This document shows positions 18,449 to 28,811 of a stretch of DNA of 53,333 bases, piece after piece. This DNA is from Phycisphaerales bacterium. GTDB taxonomy: Bacteria > Planctomycetota > Phycisphaerae > UBA1845 > UTPLA1. Under the pieces are notes generated by a model. The model was not told the origin of the DNA and searched no databases. It was given only the letters and a program-made list of their open reading frames with translations. Position numbers and translations under genes: made by a program. Location of the stretch: the NCBI GenBank assembly GCA_022360095.1, contig JAKSDK010000795.1, positions 1-53,333 on the forward strand. The letters are read 5' to 3'. Numbering within the stretch: the stretch's first letter is position 1; each line of letters opens with the position of its first letter.

Positions 18449-19996
18449 ATGACAACGACAAACGTTTCCCAACGGACAAATCAAGAATGCAGCCCGACTC
18501 GATTGCGCGAACTTTTGCGTCGGAGCCTCGACCTGGAATTCGGATCTGACCCGAAGTCGGACTTTGATATCACCGACATCTGCTGCGACTCTCGACAAGT
18601 GAAACCGGGTGCTTTGTTCGTTGCCGTCACGGGGACCTCGGTTGACGGCGCATCGTTCGCGTCCGACGCGGCCCGACGCGGGGCCGTTGCCATCGTAGCA
18701 GATCGTGAACTGGGACAACCGCTCACCATTCCGGTCGTGAAGGTTCCTAATGCGCGGGATGCCGTTTCACGTCTGGCGGCGGTGTTTTTTGGTTTGGACG
18801 TTATTCAAGCGAAGGGCGAATTGACCGTGATCGGGATCACCGGCACGAACGGCAAGAGCACGACGGCCTACATGCTGCGAGAAATCCTTCGATTTGCGGG
18901 TCGTCCGACCGCCATGCTCGGCACGATTGAATATGATCTGCTCGCTGAGAAGCTCACCGCACAGCTCACCACGCCTGATCCGGTCACCCTGGTCAGGCAC
19001 CTCGTTCAGGCACACGAAGCCGGGGCGAGGTTTGCGGTAATGGAGGTTTCGTCTCATAGTCTTGATCAACGTCGCGTTGCCGGCATCAAGTTCTCCACCG
19101 CGATCTTTACCAATCTGACTCAGGATCATTTGGATTACCACGGAACGTTTGAGGATTATTCGCGAGCAAAGCGCCGGCTGTTCGACGGGTTGTCGAGCCG
19201 TGCGGTCGCGGTCGTTAACGCTGATGAAGCTGCAACGGATTCAATTCTGAAGAATTGTGCGGCGAGGGTCATTCGCTATGGGATGGCCCCGTTGTCGGAC
19301 GTCCGGGCCCATCTTGTTTCCGAAACCAAAGCCGGCAGCCGCTTCATTCTAAATTATGAAGATCGACGAACTGAAATGGAAACAGCGCTCGTTGGCCGCC
19401 ATAACATCTCCAACGCGCTGGCGGCCGTCGCTGCCGCGTTGGAACTCGGGTTGGGTCTTGACACGATAAGGCAAGGGTTGGCTGAACTGAGCGATGTCCC
19501 CGGTCGTTTGCAGCGAGTTGACACCGGGGGGCTCGGTTTTGACGTGTTTGTCGACTATGCACACACCGATGACGCATTGCGAAACGTGCTACGAGCCCTG
19601 CGGCCGTTGACTTCGGGAAAATTGTTGTGCGTATTCGGTTGTGGTGGTGACCGTGATCGCACGAAGCGACCTTTGATGGCTCGTGCCGTTGCTGACGGCG
19701 CGGATGCCTTCGTGATGACAAGCGACAATCCTCGAACCGAGGACCCGATGGCCATCATCACGGACATTGAAAACGGGCTGACTTCTGAGAGCCGCCAGCG
19801 TGGTGTGACGGAGGTGGACCGCAGGAAAGCGATCACCAGGGCGATCGAGCGCGTGGCCCCCGGCGATACGCTGCTGATCGCCGGCAAGGGCCATGAGGAC
19901 TACCAGATTCTCGGCAATGAAAAGGTCCATTTCGACGATGTGGAGATTGCGAGTGGTGTCATTGAAAAGATGAGGGGGATTCGCAAGGAGTCATGA
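18449..19996 (+). CDS. murE: UDP-N-acetylmuramoyl-L-alanyl-D-glutamate--2,6-diaminopimelate ligase MurE.
   Basis: GITGTNGKSTT P-loop, DYAHTDDAL, DNPR motif (MTSDNPRTEDP). Confidence 0.9.
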   Translation: MTTTNVSQRTNQECSPTRLRELLRRSLDLEFGSDPKSDFDITDICCDSRQVKPGALFVAVTGTSVDGASFASDAARRGAVAIVADRELGQPLTIPVVKVPNARDAVSRLAAVFFGLDVIQAKGELTVIGITGTNGKSTTAYMLREILRFAGRPTAMLGTIEYDLLAEKLTAQLTTPDPVTLVRHLVQAHEAGARFAVMEVSSHSLDQRRVAGIKFSTAIFTNLTQDHLDYHGTFEDYSRAKRRLFDGLSSRAVAVVNADEAATDSILKNCAARVIRYGMAPLSDVRAHLVSETKAGSRFILNYEDRRTEMETALVGRHNISNALAAVAAALELGLGLDTIRQGLAELSDVPGRLQRVDTGGLGFDVFVDYAHTDDALRNVLRALRPLTSGKLLCVFGCGGDRDRTKRPLMARAVADGADAFVMTSDNPRTEDPMAIITDIENGLTSESRQRGVTEVDRRKAITRAIERVAPGDTLLIAGKGHEDYQILGNEKVHFDDVEIASGVIEKMRGIRKES

Positions 19997-21474
19997 GACC
20001 GTTAACGTTACAGGAAACAGCTTCGGCTCTGGGCGGTCGCGCCTACGGAGAGATCGCGACGAGGCGCGTAACAAATGTGTCTACAGACTCCCGTAGGGTT
20101 CAGGATGGAACACTCTTCGTCGCCATCAAAGGCGAGCGGTTTGACGGCCACGATTTCGTCGAGGCGGCTCTGGAGCGCGGCGCGACGGCCGCCGTGGTTC
20201 ATGACGCCGCAAAAATGGGCGAGGCTTATCGAAATAGCGGCCGGCTGATCGAGGTCAAAGACACGATCGTTGCATTGGGTAAGCTTGCCGGCTGGTACCG
20301 TCGTCAATTCGCTGCCCAGGTGGTTGCTGTCATCGGGAGTAACGGCAAGACGACGGTCAAGGACCTGATCGCATCCGTTTTGGGTTCGCGCCTTTCAGGC
20401 CGGGCTGCGCCGGCGAGCTACAACAACGCGATCGGAGTGCCGTTGACGCTTTTGTCGGTTGAGCCGTCCGATCAGTTTATTGTTGTGGAGATCGGAACGA
20501 ACTATCCGGGCGAGGTGACGTCCCTCGCTCGAATCGCGCGTCCTGACATGGCGGTCGTCACGAGCATCGGTGAGGAGCATTTGGCTGCCTTGGGCGATTT
20601 GAACGGCGTCGCGCGGGAGGAATTTTCATTCCTCTCCAATATGCAGGATCGTGCCTTTGCGGCTATCAGTGACCAAGCCGGTCAATACGCACCACGTTAC
20701 TTGCAGAATCAAATCAAGTATGCCTCGACGCGTCGTCGAGACGATCAAAACTATTCGTTGCTGATTTACGGCTTCAGCGAAAGTGCTGATCTGCGAGCGG
20801 TCTCTGTCAAACGAACCAAAAACGGTCAACATTTTCGGGTCAACGATCGTTTCGAATACTCGTTGCCGCTGCTGGGCCGCCATAACATTCTGAATGCCCT
20901 GGCGGCGATCGCCATCGGCACACGGTTTCGACTCAGTCATGAGGACATCGCAGCGGCGCTGGCGAAGGTTCAAGGGCCGCCGATGCGATTGCAGCGGACG
21001 CAACTCGGTTCCATGACGGTGATCAACGACGCTTACAATGCGAATCCCGGTAGCATGCGTGCCGCGTTCTCGGCGATGGACGATCTTTCCGGGGTCGGGC
21101 GGAAAGTCTTCATCCTCGGCGACATGCGTGAACTGGGCAGCCAGGCTACGCGCTGTCATCTGGCGGTCGGTGAAGAGGCCGGTCGTTCGACGGCACAAGT
21201 CATCATCGCCGTCGGTGCCTATGCGAGGATTGTGGCGGACGGTGCGACGATCACAGCGGGGACAAGCAAGCGGATCTACACATGTCCTTCGATTGAGGCC
21301 CTTGTTGAAAAGCTTCCGGCATGGCTGGAGCCGGGGGATGCGGTGTTGCTCAAAGCATCCCGAGGTGTGCAGCTTGAGCGGATTATTCCGGCGATGGAGG
21401 AGAGCCGTGCGCTGCGCATTCATCATGGATCGAGGAACGGAGGACGGAAAGTCCGGAATCAGGGGATCGGCTGA
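19993..21474 (+). CDS. murF: UDP-N-acetylmuramoyl-tripeptide--D-alanyl-D-alanine ligase MurF.
   Basis: GSNGKTT P-loop, ILGDMRELG. ATGA start/stop overlap with murE. Confidence 0.9.
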   Translation: MRPLTLQETASALGGRAYGEIATRRVTNVSTDSRRVQDGTLFVAIKGERFDGHDFVEAALERGATAAVVHDAAKMGEAYRNSGRLIEVKDTIVALGKLAGWYRRQFAAQVVAVIGSNGKTTVKDLIASVLGSRLSGRAAPASYNNAIGVPLTLLSVEPSDQFIVVEIGTNYPGEVTSLARIARPDMAVVTSIGEEHLAALGDLNGVAREEFSFLSNMQDRAFAAISDQAGQYAPRYLQNQIKYASTRRRDDQNYSLLIYGFSESADLRAVSVKRTKNGQHFRVNDRFEYSLPLLGRHNILNALAAIAIGTRFRLSHEDIAAALAKVQGPPMRLQRTQLGSMTVINDAYNANPGSMRAAFSAMDDLSGVGRKVFILGDMRELGSQATRCHLAVGEEAGRSTAQVIIAVGAYARIVADGATITAGTSKRIYTCPSIEALVEKLPAWLEPGDAVLLKASRGVQLERIIPAMEESRALRIHHGSRNGGRKVRNQGIG

Positions 21475-21477
21475 GAC

Positions 21478-22605
21478 GTGATTTACCACCTGCTTAAGTA
21501 TCTGATTGCAGGCCATTATGGCTACGAGAACCCCTTGTTTCGCGGCACGATTGCCATTCTCATCGCTTTCCTGGTGGTTTGGGGACTGGGTCCGCTGATG
21601 ATTCGCTGGCTGGTCCGAAAGAAATGCGGCGATGTCCCGGACTTCGACCACGCCGAGCTTAACGAACTCACGAATCACAAGAAAAATGTCCCAACGATGG
21701 GCGGGCTGTTGATCCTCTTCGGAGTAACGACGGCTGTCTTATTATTGGCGGACTTGACCGTCTATTACATCCATCTCGCGTTTTTCTGTATGGTCTGGCT
21801 GGGCGCGCTGGGTTTCTGGGACGATTGGTTCAAGCTCATGGCCAAGGGAAAAAGCAGCCGCGACGGGCTCAAGTTTTATCAAAAGCTTCTTTTTCAGATC
21901 GGTCTGGGTGTGGTTTTGGGCATGTTCATCTATCAGCGGGGACAGGCCACGTTTCAGGGTGAAGAGAACGAACTCTTCCGTGCGCTCAGTCTCCCTTTTT
22001 TCAAGGGCGATCCGGCCCAACCCATTCTCCTGTCCTGGGTCACCTTCAGTTTGATCACGATCGTCGTCGTCGCAGGAACGTCCAATGCCGTGAACCTGAC
22101 CGACGGCATGGATGGTTTGGCAAGTGGGTGTGTGGCCATGTGCTGCCTGGTATTCATGTTGTTGGCCTTCGCCGTAGGGGACGAGGACGTCGCTGCCTAT
22201 TTGCAGTACACCCATATTCCCAGGGCGGGGGAATTGTCCGTGTTATGCGGAGCCATGCTGGGGGCCTCGCTGGGATTTCTCTGGTACAACAGCAATCCGG
22301 CACAAGTGTTCATGGGAGACACGGGCTCTCTGCCGTTGGGGGGGCTCATCGGTTTTGTGGCGATCGTGATCCGCCAGGAGCTGATGCTCTTTATCGTGGG
22401 CGGGGTTTTCGTGATCGAGGCACTCTCCGTCATGTTGCAGGTGGGTTTTTTCAAACTGACGGGGGGCAAACGCCTTTTCCTGATTGCCCCGATTCACCAT
22501 CATTTTCACCTCAAAGGCTGGAAGGAAAACCAGGTTGTCGTGCGATTCTGGCTGCTTTCGGCGTTGTTCGCGGTGATTGCGCTCGCAACCACGAAACTCC
22601 GTTAG
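21478..22605 (+). CDS. mraY: Phospho-N-acetylmuramoyl-pentapeptide transferase MraY.
   Basis: NLTDGMDGLA motif, 10 predicted TM helices, GTG start 4 nt after the murF stop. Confidence 0.9.
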   Translation: MIYHLLKYLIAGHYGYENPLFRGTIAILIAFLVVWGLGPLMIRWLVRKKCGDVPDFDHAELNELTNHKKNVPTMGGLLILFGVTTAVLLLADLTVYYIHLAFFCMVWLGALGFWDDWFKLMAKGKSSRDGLKFYQKLLFQIGLGVVLGMFIYQRGQATFQGEENELFRALSLPFFKGDPAQPILLSWVTFSLITIVVVAGTSNAVNLTDGMDGLASGCVAMCCLVFMLLAFAVGDEDVAAYLQYTHIPRAGELSVLCGAMLGASLGFLWYNSNPAQVFMGDTGSLPLGGLIGFVAIVIRQELMLFIVGGVFVIEALSVMLQVGFFKLTGGKRLFLIAPIHHHFHLKGWKENQVVVRFWLLSALFAVIALATTKLR

Positions 22606-22635
22606 AGCGGTTCGCCGATACTGACAATAAGTGGA

Positions 22636-23961
22636 TTGAAAGATCCAGGATCGCCGTTCGGAAAAAACGACTCGGTTATGGCCGAACGCTCGACAATGTT
22701 TCGTTTGGACAGTCGTCCTACCGCGTGTAGCACGACCATCACCATCGCCGCCGCAACCTTGCTCGGTCTCGGTGTTGTCATGGTGTTTTCCGCCAGCGCG
22801 AGCCTGACAGCCCCTGCAATCACGGAGAGGCCGTTACAGAACAGCTCGGTTCGCCAGGCGGCGTACACCTTTGTGGCCATGGTTGCCTTGTTGATGGTGG
22901 GTTTGTGCCCGTATGAATCCTGGCGGATTCGTGGAAAATCGCTGGTTCAGCCCTCCATTTTCCTTCTCCTTTTGACCATCGGGCTACTTGCGGTCGTGCT
23001 GGTTCCCGGCATTGGGGAAGAGCGCAACGGCGCTCGGCGATGGCTGTCGCTCGGTCCGATGGCCATGGGGCTTGGCTTTCAGCCTTCGGAAGTGGCCAAG
23101 CTCGCGCTCACGGTTTTCCTGGCGGCTTTTTGCAGCCATTGGGGTGAACGAATGCGCAGGTTTTGGACCGGTTTTCTGCCCGCGATCGTGATTCTCGGAA
23201 TCGTTGTCGGTCTCGTGGGGGTCGAGGATTTCGGGACGGGCGCATTACTTGCGCTGGTTGGCGGCTGCGTTCTGTTGGGGGCAGGTGCGAGGATCTGGCA
23301 TTTGATGCTGGCGGCGTTGCCGGCGGTCGGCGGATTGGTCTATCTGATTATTTTGAAGCCATACAGACTTGAGCGGCTGGTCTCATTCCTGAATCCGGAG
23401 GCCGATCCACAGGGAGCGGGCTATCATCAGATTCAATCTCTTCTGACCATTGTGTCCGGCGGTTGGTGGGGCCGCGGGCTCGGGGCTGGAATTCAGAAAT
23501 ACGGCTATTTGCCTGAGGGTCGAACAGACTTCATTTTTGCATTGATTTGTGAGGAGTTGGGGATTATCGGGGGAGGGGCTGTCATCACGCTCTTTGGCGT
23601 TTTGCTGTGGCAGGGCAAACGGGCCATGGATTCTTCTACGACGGAGTTTGGTCGGCTTTTGGCGCTTGGGGCTTCGCTCACGATCAGTCTACAGGCCGCG
23701 ATGAATGTCGCGGTTGTCACGGTGTCGATCCCGACCAAAGGCATCAGTCTTCCGCTGGTTTCAGCTGGTGGGACAGGTGTGATTTTTTTCAGTATCCTGG
23801 TGGGGCTGCTGGTCAATGTGGCCAGGGCCAGAACTCCCGCCACGGAAGGGGATGGTCGATGCGGTTTATCGAACTCAAGGTCCGGCACTGCTTCGTCGGA
23901 GGCTTCCTCTCAGGAGACCGGCGTTTTGCCTCTGATGCCCTCGAATGTTCGTCCTGCTTAG
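22636..23961 (+). CDS. ftsW: SEDS-family peptidoglycan glycosyltransferase FtsW.
   Basis: Polytopic. GYLPEGRTDFIFALICEELG signature. Position in the dcw cluster. The true start may be an internal Met (22678 or 22696). Confidence 0.85.
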   Translation: MKDPGSPFGKNDSVMAERSTMFRLDSRPTACSTTITIAAATLLGLGVVMVFSASASLTAPAITERPLQNSSVRQAAYTFVAMVALLMVGLCPYESWRIRGKSLVQPSIFLLLLTIGLLAVVLVPGIGEERNGARRWLSLGPMAMGLGFQPSEVAKLALTVFLAAFCSHWGERMRRFWTGFLPAIVILGIVVGLVGVEDFGTGALLALVGGCVLLGAGARIWHLMLAALPAVGGLVYLIILKPYRLERLVSFLNPEADPQGAGYHQIQSLLTIVSGGWWGRGLGAGIQKYGYLPEGRTDFIFALICEELGIIGGGAVITLFGVLLWQGKRAMDSSTTEFGRLLALGASLTISLQAAMNVAVVTVSIPTKGISLPLVSAGGTGVIFFSILVGLLVNVARARTPATEGDGRCGLSNSRSGTASSEASSQETGVLPLMPSNVRPA

Positions 23962-23982
23962 CTTCTCGATATCGAGGGTTTC

Positions 23983-25101
23983 ATGGCCGAAGATAAACCT
24001 TGGTTTGTCATCGCCGGCGGCGGCACGGGGGGGCATCTTTATCCTGGATTGGCCGTGGCTCAGGCGTTGCTCGCCCTCCAACCCGAGTTCGATGTCACGA
24101 TCTTCGGCACGCCGCGTCCAATCGATGAGCAACTGACCGGGCCCCGCGGTTATGAATTGGTCAAGCAGGAGGTCTGCGCTTTTCCGAGGAAACCTTGGCA
24201 TATTTTTCGGTTCTTGTCGGCCTGGCATCGCTCGGTCAAGTATGCGAAGGAACGGTTCAAGACGCGGCGTCCCGCGGTCGTGCTCGGACTCGGAGGTTAT
24301 GCTGCAGGTCCGCCTGTCATTGCGGCCGCGAAACTCAAAGTGCCGACGGCCTTGTTCAACCCGGATGCGATGCCGGGGTTGGCCAATCGGTATTTGGCCT
24401 CGAAGGTCGATCGCATTTTCATTCAATGGCGTGAGACCGCTGATCATTTCAATCGGCGCCCCAACATCAAATGCACGGGTTGCCCGATTCGCCTGGATTT
24501 CATCCGCGTCGATCGTGAGGAGGCGATTCGCGCGTTGAAACTTAATCCGAGAAAGAAGACGCTCCTGATTACCGGCGCTTCGCAAGGAGCCTGGTCCATC
24601 AACGCGGCCGTGATGGAATTGGTTGATTTCTGGAAGGAAAACGATGCCTGGCAGATTCTCCATCTGACGGGAACGGCCGATCTGGCGATGTGTCGCGAGA
24701 AGTACAAAAAGGCCGGTGTTCCCGCCCGGACTCTGGCCTTTACGGAACACATGCCGTATTGCATGGCCGCGGCGGACCTTGTCATCTCACGCGCGGGGGC
24801 CTCGACCCTTGCGGAAATTATCGCGTTGGGTCTGCCGTCGGTCCTGATGCCGTATCCGTTCGATCGGAAAAAGCACCAACTCGCCAATGCGAAGCTGCTT
24901 GCGGACTGCAATGCGGCCGAGTTGCTGGAAGATGCGAACGACGTCGAGAAGAACGCGAAGAATCTGCGTGAGTTGCTCACGGGACTGATGAACTCTGAGG
25001 CTCGCCGTCGGCACCTGAGCGAGGTGGCCGGGGCGATGGGGCGCCACGACGCGGCTCAGGCGATTGCCGAGGAATTGTGGGAAATGGGACGCACGGGTTA
25101 G
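23983..25101 (+). CDS. murG: UDP-GlcNAc:undecaprenyl-PP-MurNAc-pentapeptide GlcNAc transferase MurG.
   Basis: GGGTGGHLYPGLAVAQAL N-terminal motif. GT28 architecture. Confidence 0.9.
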   Translation: MAEDKPWFVIAGGGTGGHLYPGLAVAQALLALQPEFDVTIFGTPRPIDEQLTGPRGYELVKQEVCAFPRKPWHIFRFLSAWHRSVKYAKERFKTRRPAVVLGLGGYAAGPPVIAAAKLKVPTALFNPDAMPGLANRYLASKVDRIFIQWRETADHFNRRPNIKCTGCPIRLDFIRVDREEAIRALKLNPRKKTLLITGASQGAWSINAAVMELVDFWKENDAWQILHLTGTADLAMCREKYKKAGVPARTLAFTEHMPYCMAAADLVISRAGASTLAEIIALGLPSVLMPYPFDRKKHQLANAKLLADCNAAELLEDANDVEKNAKNLRELLTGLMNSEARRRHLSEVAGAMGRHDAAQAIAEELWEMGRTG

Positions 25102-25423
25102 GCTGGCGCCGGTTCCGGGTTCCCAGCTTTTTCCCCCTCAAGAAAATCGAAACTCCAACCCGATATGGTGACGGAGTCCATGAACATTCGCCCGGCACAT
25201 TTTGCGCTCTAACGCAAACGTGAAAAATCACAGCGATTCAGCCGTCCCCATAAAACGGCTCAGGGTGAACTTCTTGCGACGCGCTGGCGTATGCGTGTAG
25301 GATCGACTCTGCTAAGGACGGCACGGCCCTCCCGGGCTGTATGGCTGGCTCCAGCCGGCCAGGGGAATTTGCCCGGGGTGAGATGAGCTTAGGGCCGCGA
25401 CTTCACACGGAGGTGAACTCCCC

Positions 25424-26902
25424 ATGTCGCGAATCGTAACCCCTTCGGACACGGCTCTTCAATCCGATCTTTTTCGTCGCGACACGCGTACTTCAGGTCA
25501 TCCGCGTCAACAACATTGGAGCAGTCCCTACGCGGCGAGACGGATTCACCTGATCGGCATCGGCGGTTGCGGTATGACAAGCCTCGGCGGCGTGTTGCTT
25601 CGTTGCGGAGCGATCGTCAGCGGTTCGGACCGGGTCGAGTTCAATGCTCAAGGCCAGCTGGAAGAAATGGGCGCGGTCATTCGCATCGGCCAGGCCCCGA
25701 TCAACGTGTCTTCCGATTGTGAGCTGGTGGTCTATTCCGCCGCTGTCGGAGACGACAATCCGGAATTGCTCGAAGCCAGACGTCGGGGTGTGAAATGCCT
25801 CAAATATGCCGAGATGCTCGGTCAGGTGATGCAGTTGCGAACCGGCATCGCGATCGCCGGCACGCATGGCAAAAGCACGACCACGGCCATGCTGGCTTAT
25901 ATTTTGCGTCAAGCCAAAGCCGACCCGACGTTCGTGGTCGGCGCCGGCGTTCGGCAACTGGAGGGCAGTTCCGGGGTCGGCGACGGGCCTCACTTTCTGG
26001 TCGAGGCATGCGAATATGCACAATCATTTTTGAACCTCTCGCCTTTCTATTCCGCGATTCTGAACATCGAAGAAGACCACCTCGATTGTTACAACGGCAT
26101 CGAGGCCATCATGGAGGCGTTTCGTTCGTTCATTTCGCTGGTTCCGCCGGAGGGAACGATTCTGGCCAACGGTGAAGATCGTAACGTGGTCAAGGCCGTC
26201 GAGAATGCACGAGCATCGGTGGAAACTTTCGGCGAGTCGGAGGGCATGACGTGGCGTGCCCTCAATGTTCGTCACGACCATGGTTGTTACTCATTTGATG
26301 TGCTGTACAACGATGCCTTATTCCTCCGGGCCGATCTGAAGAGTCTCCCGGGCAGGCACCAGGTTTTCAATGCGCTGGTCGCGACGGCGCTGGCCAAGCA
26401 TTGTGGGATCTCCGCAGAGGCCGTCGCGGAGGCGCTTTCGGAGTTTGCCGGCGCCGACCGTCGCCTGACCCAGCGCGGGGATGTGGGTGGCGTCATCCTG
26501 CTCGACGACTACGGGCATCATCCCACTGAGATTCAAGTGACGCTTCGAGCGGTTCGAGAGCACTATCCCAATCGGCGGCTTTGGGTCATCTTTCAGCCGC
26601 ATCAGCATTCGCGTACCAGGTTCTTGTTGAATGATTTCGCTCGGAGTTTCGGGTTGGCGGATCATTTGCTGGTTCCGGACATTTACTTTGTGCGCGATTC
26701 CGCGTCGGAGCGGGCCGCTGTTTGCAGCAGCCACCTCGTGGAACGGGTCCGGGCCAATGGTGGGGATGCGCTCTATTTACCCAAGCATGAACAGATTGTG
26801 GAACATATGGTGACCCACGCCGCCGCCGGCGACGTGATCCTGACCATGGGCGCCGGTGACGTGTGGAAGATTGCCGATGAACTTGTTCGACGACTTGCCT
26901 GA
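25424..26902 (+). CDS. murC: UDP-N-acetylmuramate--L-alanine ligase MurC.
   Basis: IAGTHGKSTTTAMLA P-loop, LLDDYGHHPTEI. SD GGAGGTG upstream. Confidence 0.9.
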   Translation: MSRIVTPSDTALQSDLFRRDTRTSGHPRQQHWSSPYAARRIHLIGIGGCGMTSLGGVLLRCGAIVSGSDRVEFNAQGQLEEMGAVIRIGQAPINVSSDCELVVYSAAVGDDNPELLEARRRGVKCLKYAEMLGQVMQLRTGIAIAGTHGKSTTTAMLAYILRQAKADPTFVVGAGVRQLEGSSGVGDGPHFLVEACEYAQSFLNLSPFYSAILNIEEDHLDCYNGIEAIMEAFRSFISLVPPEGTILANGEDRNVVKAVENARASVETFGESEGMTWRALNVRHDHGCYSFDVLYNDALFLRADLKSLPGRHQVFNALVATALAKHCGISAEAVAEALSEFAGADRRLTQRGDVGGVILLDDYGHHPTEIQVTLRAVREHYPNRRLWVIFQPHQHSRTRFLLNDFARSFGLADHLLVPDIYFVRDSASERAAVCSSHLVERVRANGGDALYLPKHEQIVEHMVTHAAAGDVILTMGAGDVWKIADELVRRLA

Positions 26903-27761
26903 ACCTGCTTGCCGCCGGAATGTCCCTCTCGCCCCGCTGACGTGGTTCAAGCTGGGCGGACCGGCGGAGTATCTTGTCGAGCCGCAATCTGAGCAACAGC
27001 TGGCGACCGTCCTTCGTCGATGCCACGAGACCGGCACCCTCGTTCACATTCTCGGACTCGGAGCCAATGTCCTCGTCCCGGACGAAGGCGTTTCAGGCGT
27101 CGTTGTTCGTCTTAATTCTCCCGCGTTTACGGAGGTCACTTTCGAAGAGGGGACTTTGAATGTCGGCGGCGGCATGGATATGACCAAGCTGGTCCGCACC
27201 TGCGTGCGTCAAGGGATGGCCGGATTGGAACAACTGGCAGGCATTCCAGGTACGGTCGGCGGGGGAATCTGCATGAACTGCGGCGGCCGTTACGGCGAAA
27301 TCGCGACGGCCATTCTTCGTGTTCGGGTGATGAGACCGGACGGGAAGATCGAGGAGCGCAGGCAGGAGGAATTGAGTTTCGATTACCGGCGGTGCAACCT
27401 TGACGACGGTTTCGTCGTCAGCGCCGCATTTCAACTTCACGAGACTGATCCCGAACAGCTTCGGGAGCGCTTCCACGAAATCTGGACGTACAAACAGAAT
27501 TCGCAGCCCGCCATGGGGGGGCAAAGCGTCGGCTGTATTTTTCGAAATCCCAATGGTCAATCGGCGGGGCAATTGATCGATCTCGCCGGTTTGAAGGGGT
27601 TTCGTGTCGGTAGTGCCTACATTTCAGAACGTCATGCGAACTTCGCCATGTCGGACAAAGGAGGGCGGTCCGCAGATGTTCTTAACCTGATTCATACAGT
27701 TGCAGATCGTGTCATCGAACGTTTCGGGGTTCGTCTGGAACCTGAAGTGAAGATTTGGTAG
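26877..27761 (+). CDS. murB: UDP-N-acetylenolpyruvoylglucosamine reductase MurB.
   Basis: FKLGGPAEYLV FAD-binding start. The ORF track begins at 26856; ATG 26877 is more likely. It overlaps the murC 3' end. Confidence 0.85.
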   Translation: MNLFDDLPEPACRRNVPLAPLTWFKLGGPAEYLVEPQSEQQLATVLRRCHETGTLVHILGLGANVLVPDEGVSGVVVRLNSPAFTEVTFEEGTLNVGGGMDMTKLVRTCVRQGMAGLEQLAGIPGTVGGGICMNCGGRYGEIATAILRVRVMRPDGKIEERRQEELSFDYRRCNLDDGFVVSAAFQLHETDPEQLRERFHEIWTYKQNSQPAMGGQSVGCIFRNPNGQSAGQLIDLAGLKGFRVGSAYISERHANFAMSDKGGRSADVLNLIHTVADRVIERFGVRLEPEVKIW

Positions 27762-27774
27762 ATCCACCGGCGAG

Positions 27775-28776
27775 GTGCAGCGCTCGCCGGACGACTGGAG
27801 CCTTGCCGTGAGTGTCACGCATTCGAAAACGAAGCCGAGAGAACATGACGCTACGTCGACAGACCGGAAGTTGGCGATCACCGTTTTGGCCGGAGGGCCC
27901 AGTGGAGAGCGCGAAGTCAGTCTTGAAAGCGGTCAGGCGGTCGTGGCAGCGCTTGAAACTCTGGGCCATGAGGTTCAACTGGAAGACATCGCGCCGAATG
28001 ATCTGACCGCGTTGGCTCGGGAGGTCGATTGTGTGTTCATTGCTCTGCACGGCACATTCGGCGAGGACGGTCAGGTCCAATCCATTCTCGAAGAGCGCGG
28101 CCTATGCTATTGCGGCTCCGGGCCAAGCGCATGTTCATTGGCCATGAACAAAGCGGAAGCCAAGGCAAAATTTGCCGATCTTGGCTTGAAGACACCGCGT
28201 TTCGCGGTCGTGACTGCGGAAACGACCGGCAAGATCACGTCGGCAGACTGGCCTGTGCCGGTGGTCGTCAAGCCGATTCAGGAAGGTAGCAGTCTGGCGT
28301 GTCATATCGTGCGAGACGTCGCACAGTTTCAACCGGCCGTTGACGCCGTCGTTCGCGAATACGGCCGATGCATGATCGAGGAATACGTCCCCGGCAGAGA
28401 AATCACGGTCAGCATCCTGGGAGATACGGCGTTGCCGCCGATTGAGATTCGGACTCGGCGTGAATTCTACGACTACGAGGCCAAGTATGTCGATGAAGAT
28501 ACGGAGTTCGTGTTCGACATCGACTTGCCGCAGAAACTGCTGGAACAAATCTCCGAGATGAGCCTGGCAGCCCATCGCGGCTTGGGCTGCCGTGATTTCT
28601 CCCGAGTGGACTGGCGGGTGGATGACAAGCGATTAAGTCCCGGCCTGCTGGAAGTGAACGTGATTCCCGGTCTGACGTCCCATTCATTGTTTCCCAAGGC
28701 CGCTCAACACGCAGGCTGGAGCCTGCCGATGATGTATCAACATCTCGTGGAACTGGCGATGACACGAGGCCTCTGA
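27775..28776 (+). CDS. ddl: D-alanine--D-alanine ligase Ddl.
   Basis: ATP-grasp (IALHGTFGEDGQVQSILEERGLCYCGSG, EVNVIPGLT). The true start is probably downstream of the listed one. Confidence 0.85.
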   Translation: MQRSPDDWSLAVSVTHSKTKPREHDATSTDRKLAITVLAGGPSGEREVSLESGQAVVAALETLGHEVQLEDIAPNDLTALAREVDCVFIALHGTFGEDGQVQSILEERGLCYCGSGPSACSLAMNKAEAKAKFADLGLKTPRFAVVTAETTGKITSADWPVPVVVKPIQEGSSLACHIVRDVAQFQPAVDAVVREYGRCMIEEYVPGREITVSILGDTALPPIEIRTRREFYDYEAKYVDEDTEFVFDIDLPQKLLEQISEMSLAAHRGLGCRDFSRVDWRVDDKRLSPGLLEVNVIPGLTSHSLFPKAAQHAGWSLPMMYQHLVELAMTRGL

Positions 28777-28811
28777 ATGAAACTTGGCTGAATCTGAGCG
28801 ACCTTCCTACG

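Noticed and set aside
20626-21678. 350-aa minus-strand ORF
   Set aside because: It is antisense to murF and mraY, which have unambiguous motifs. GC-frame artefact.
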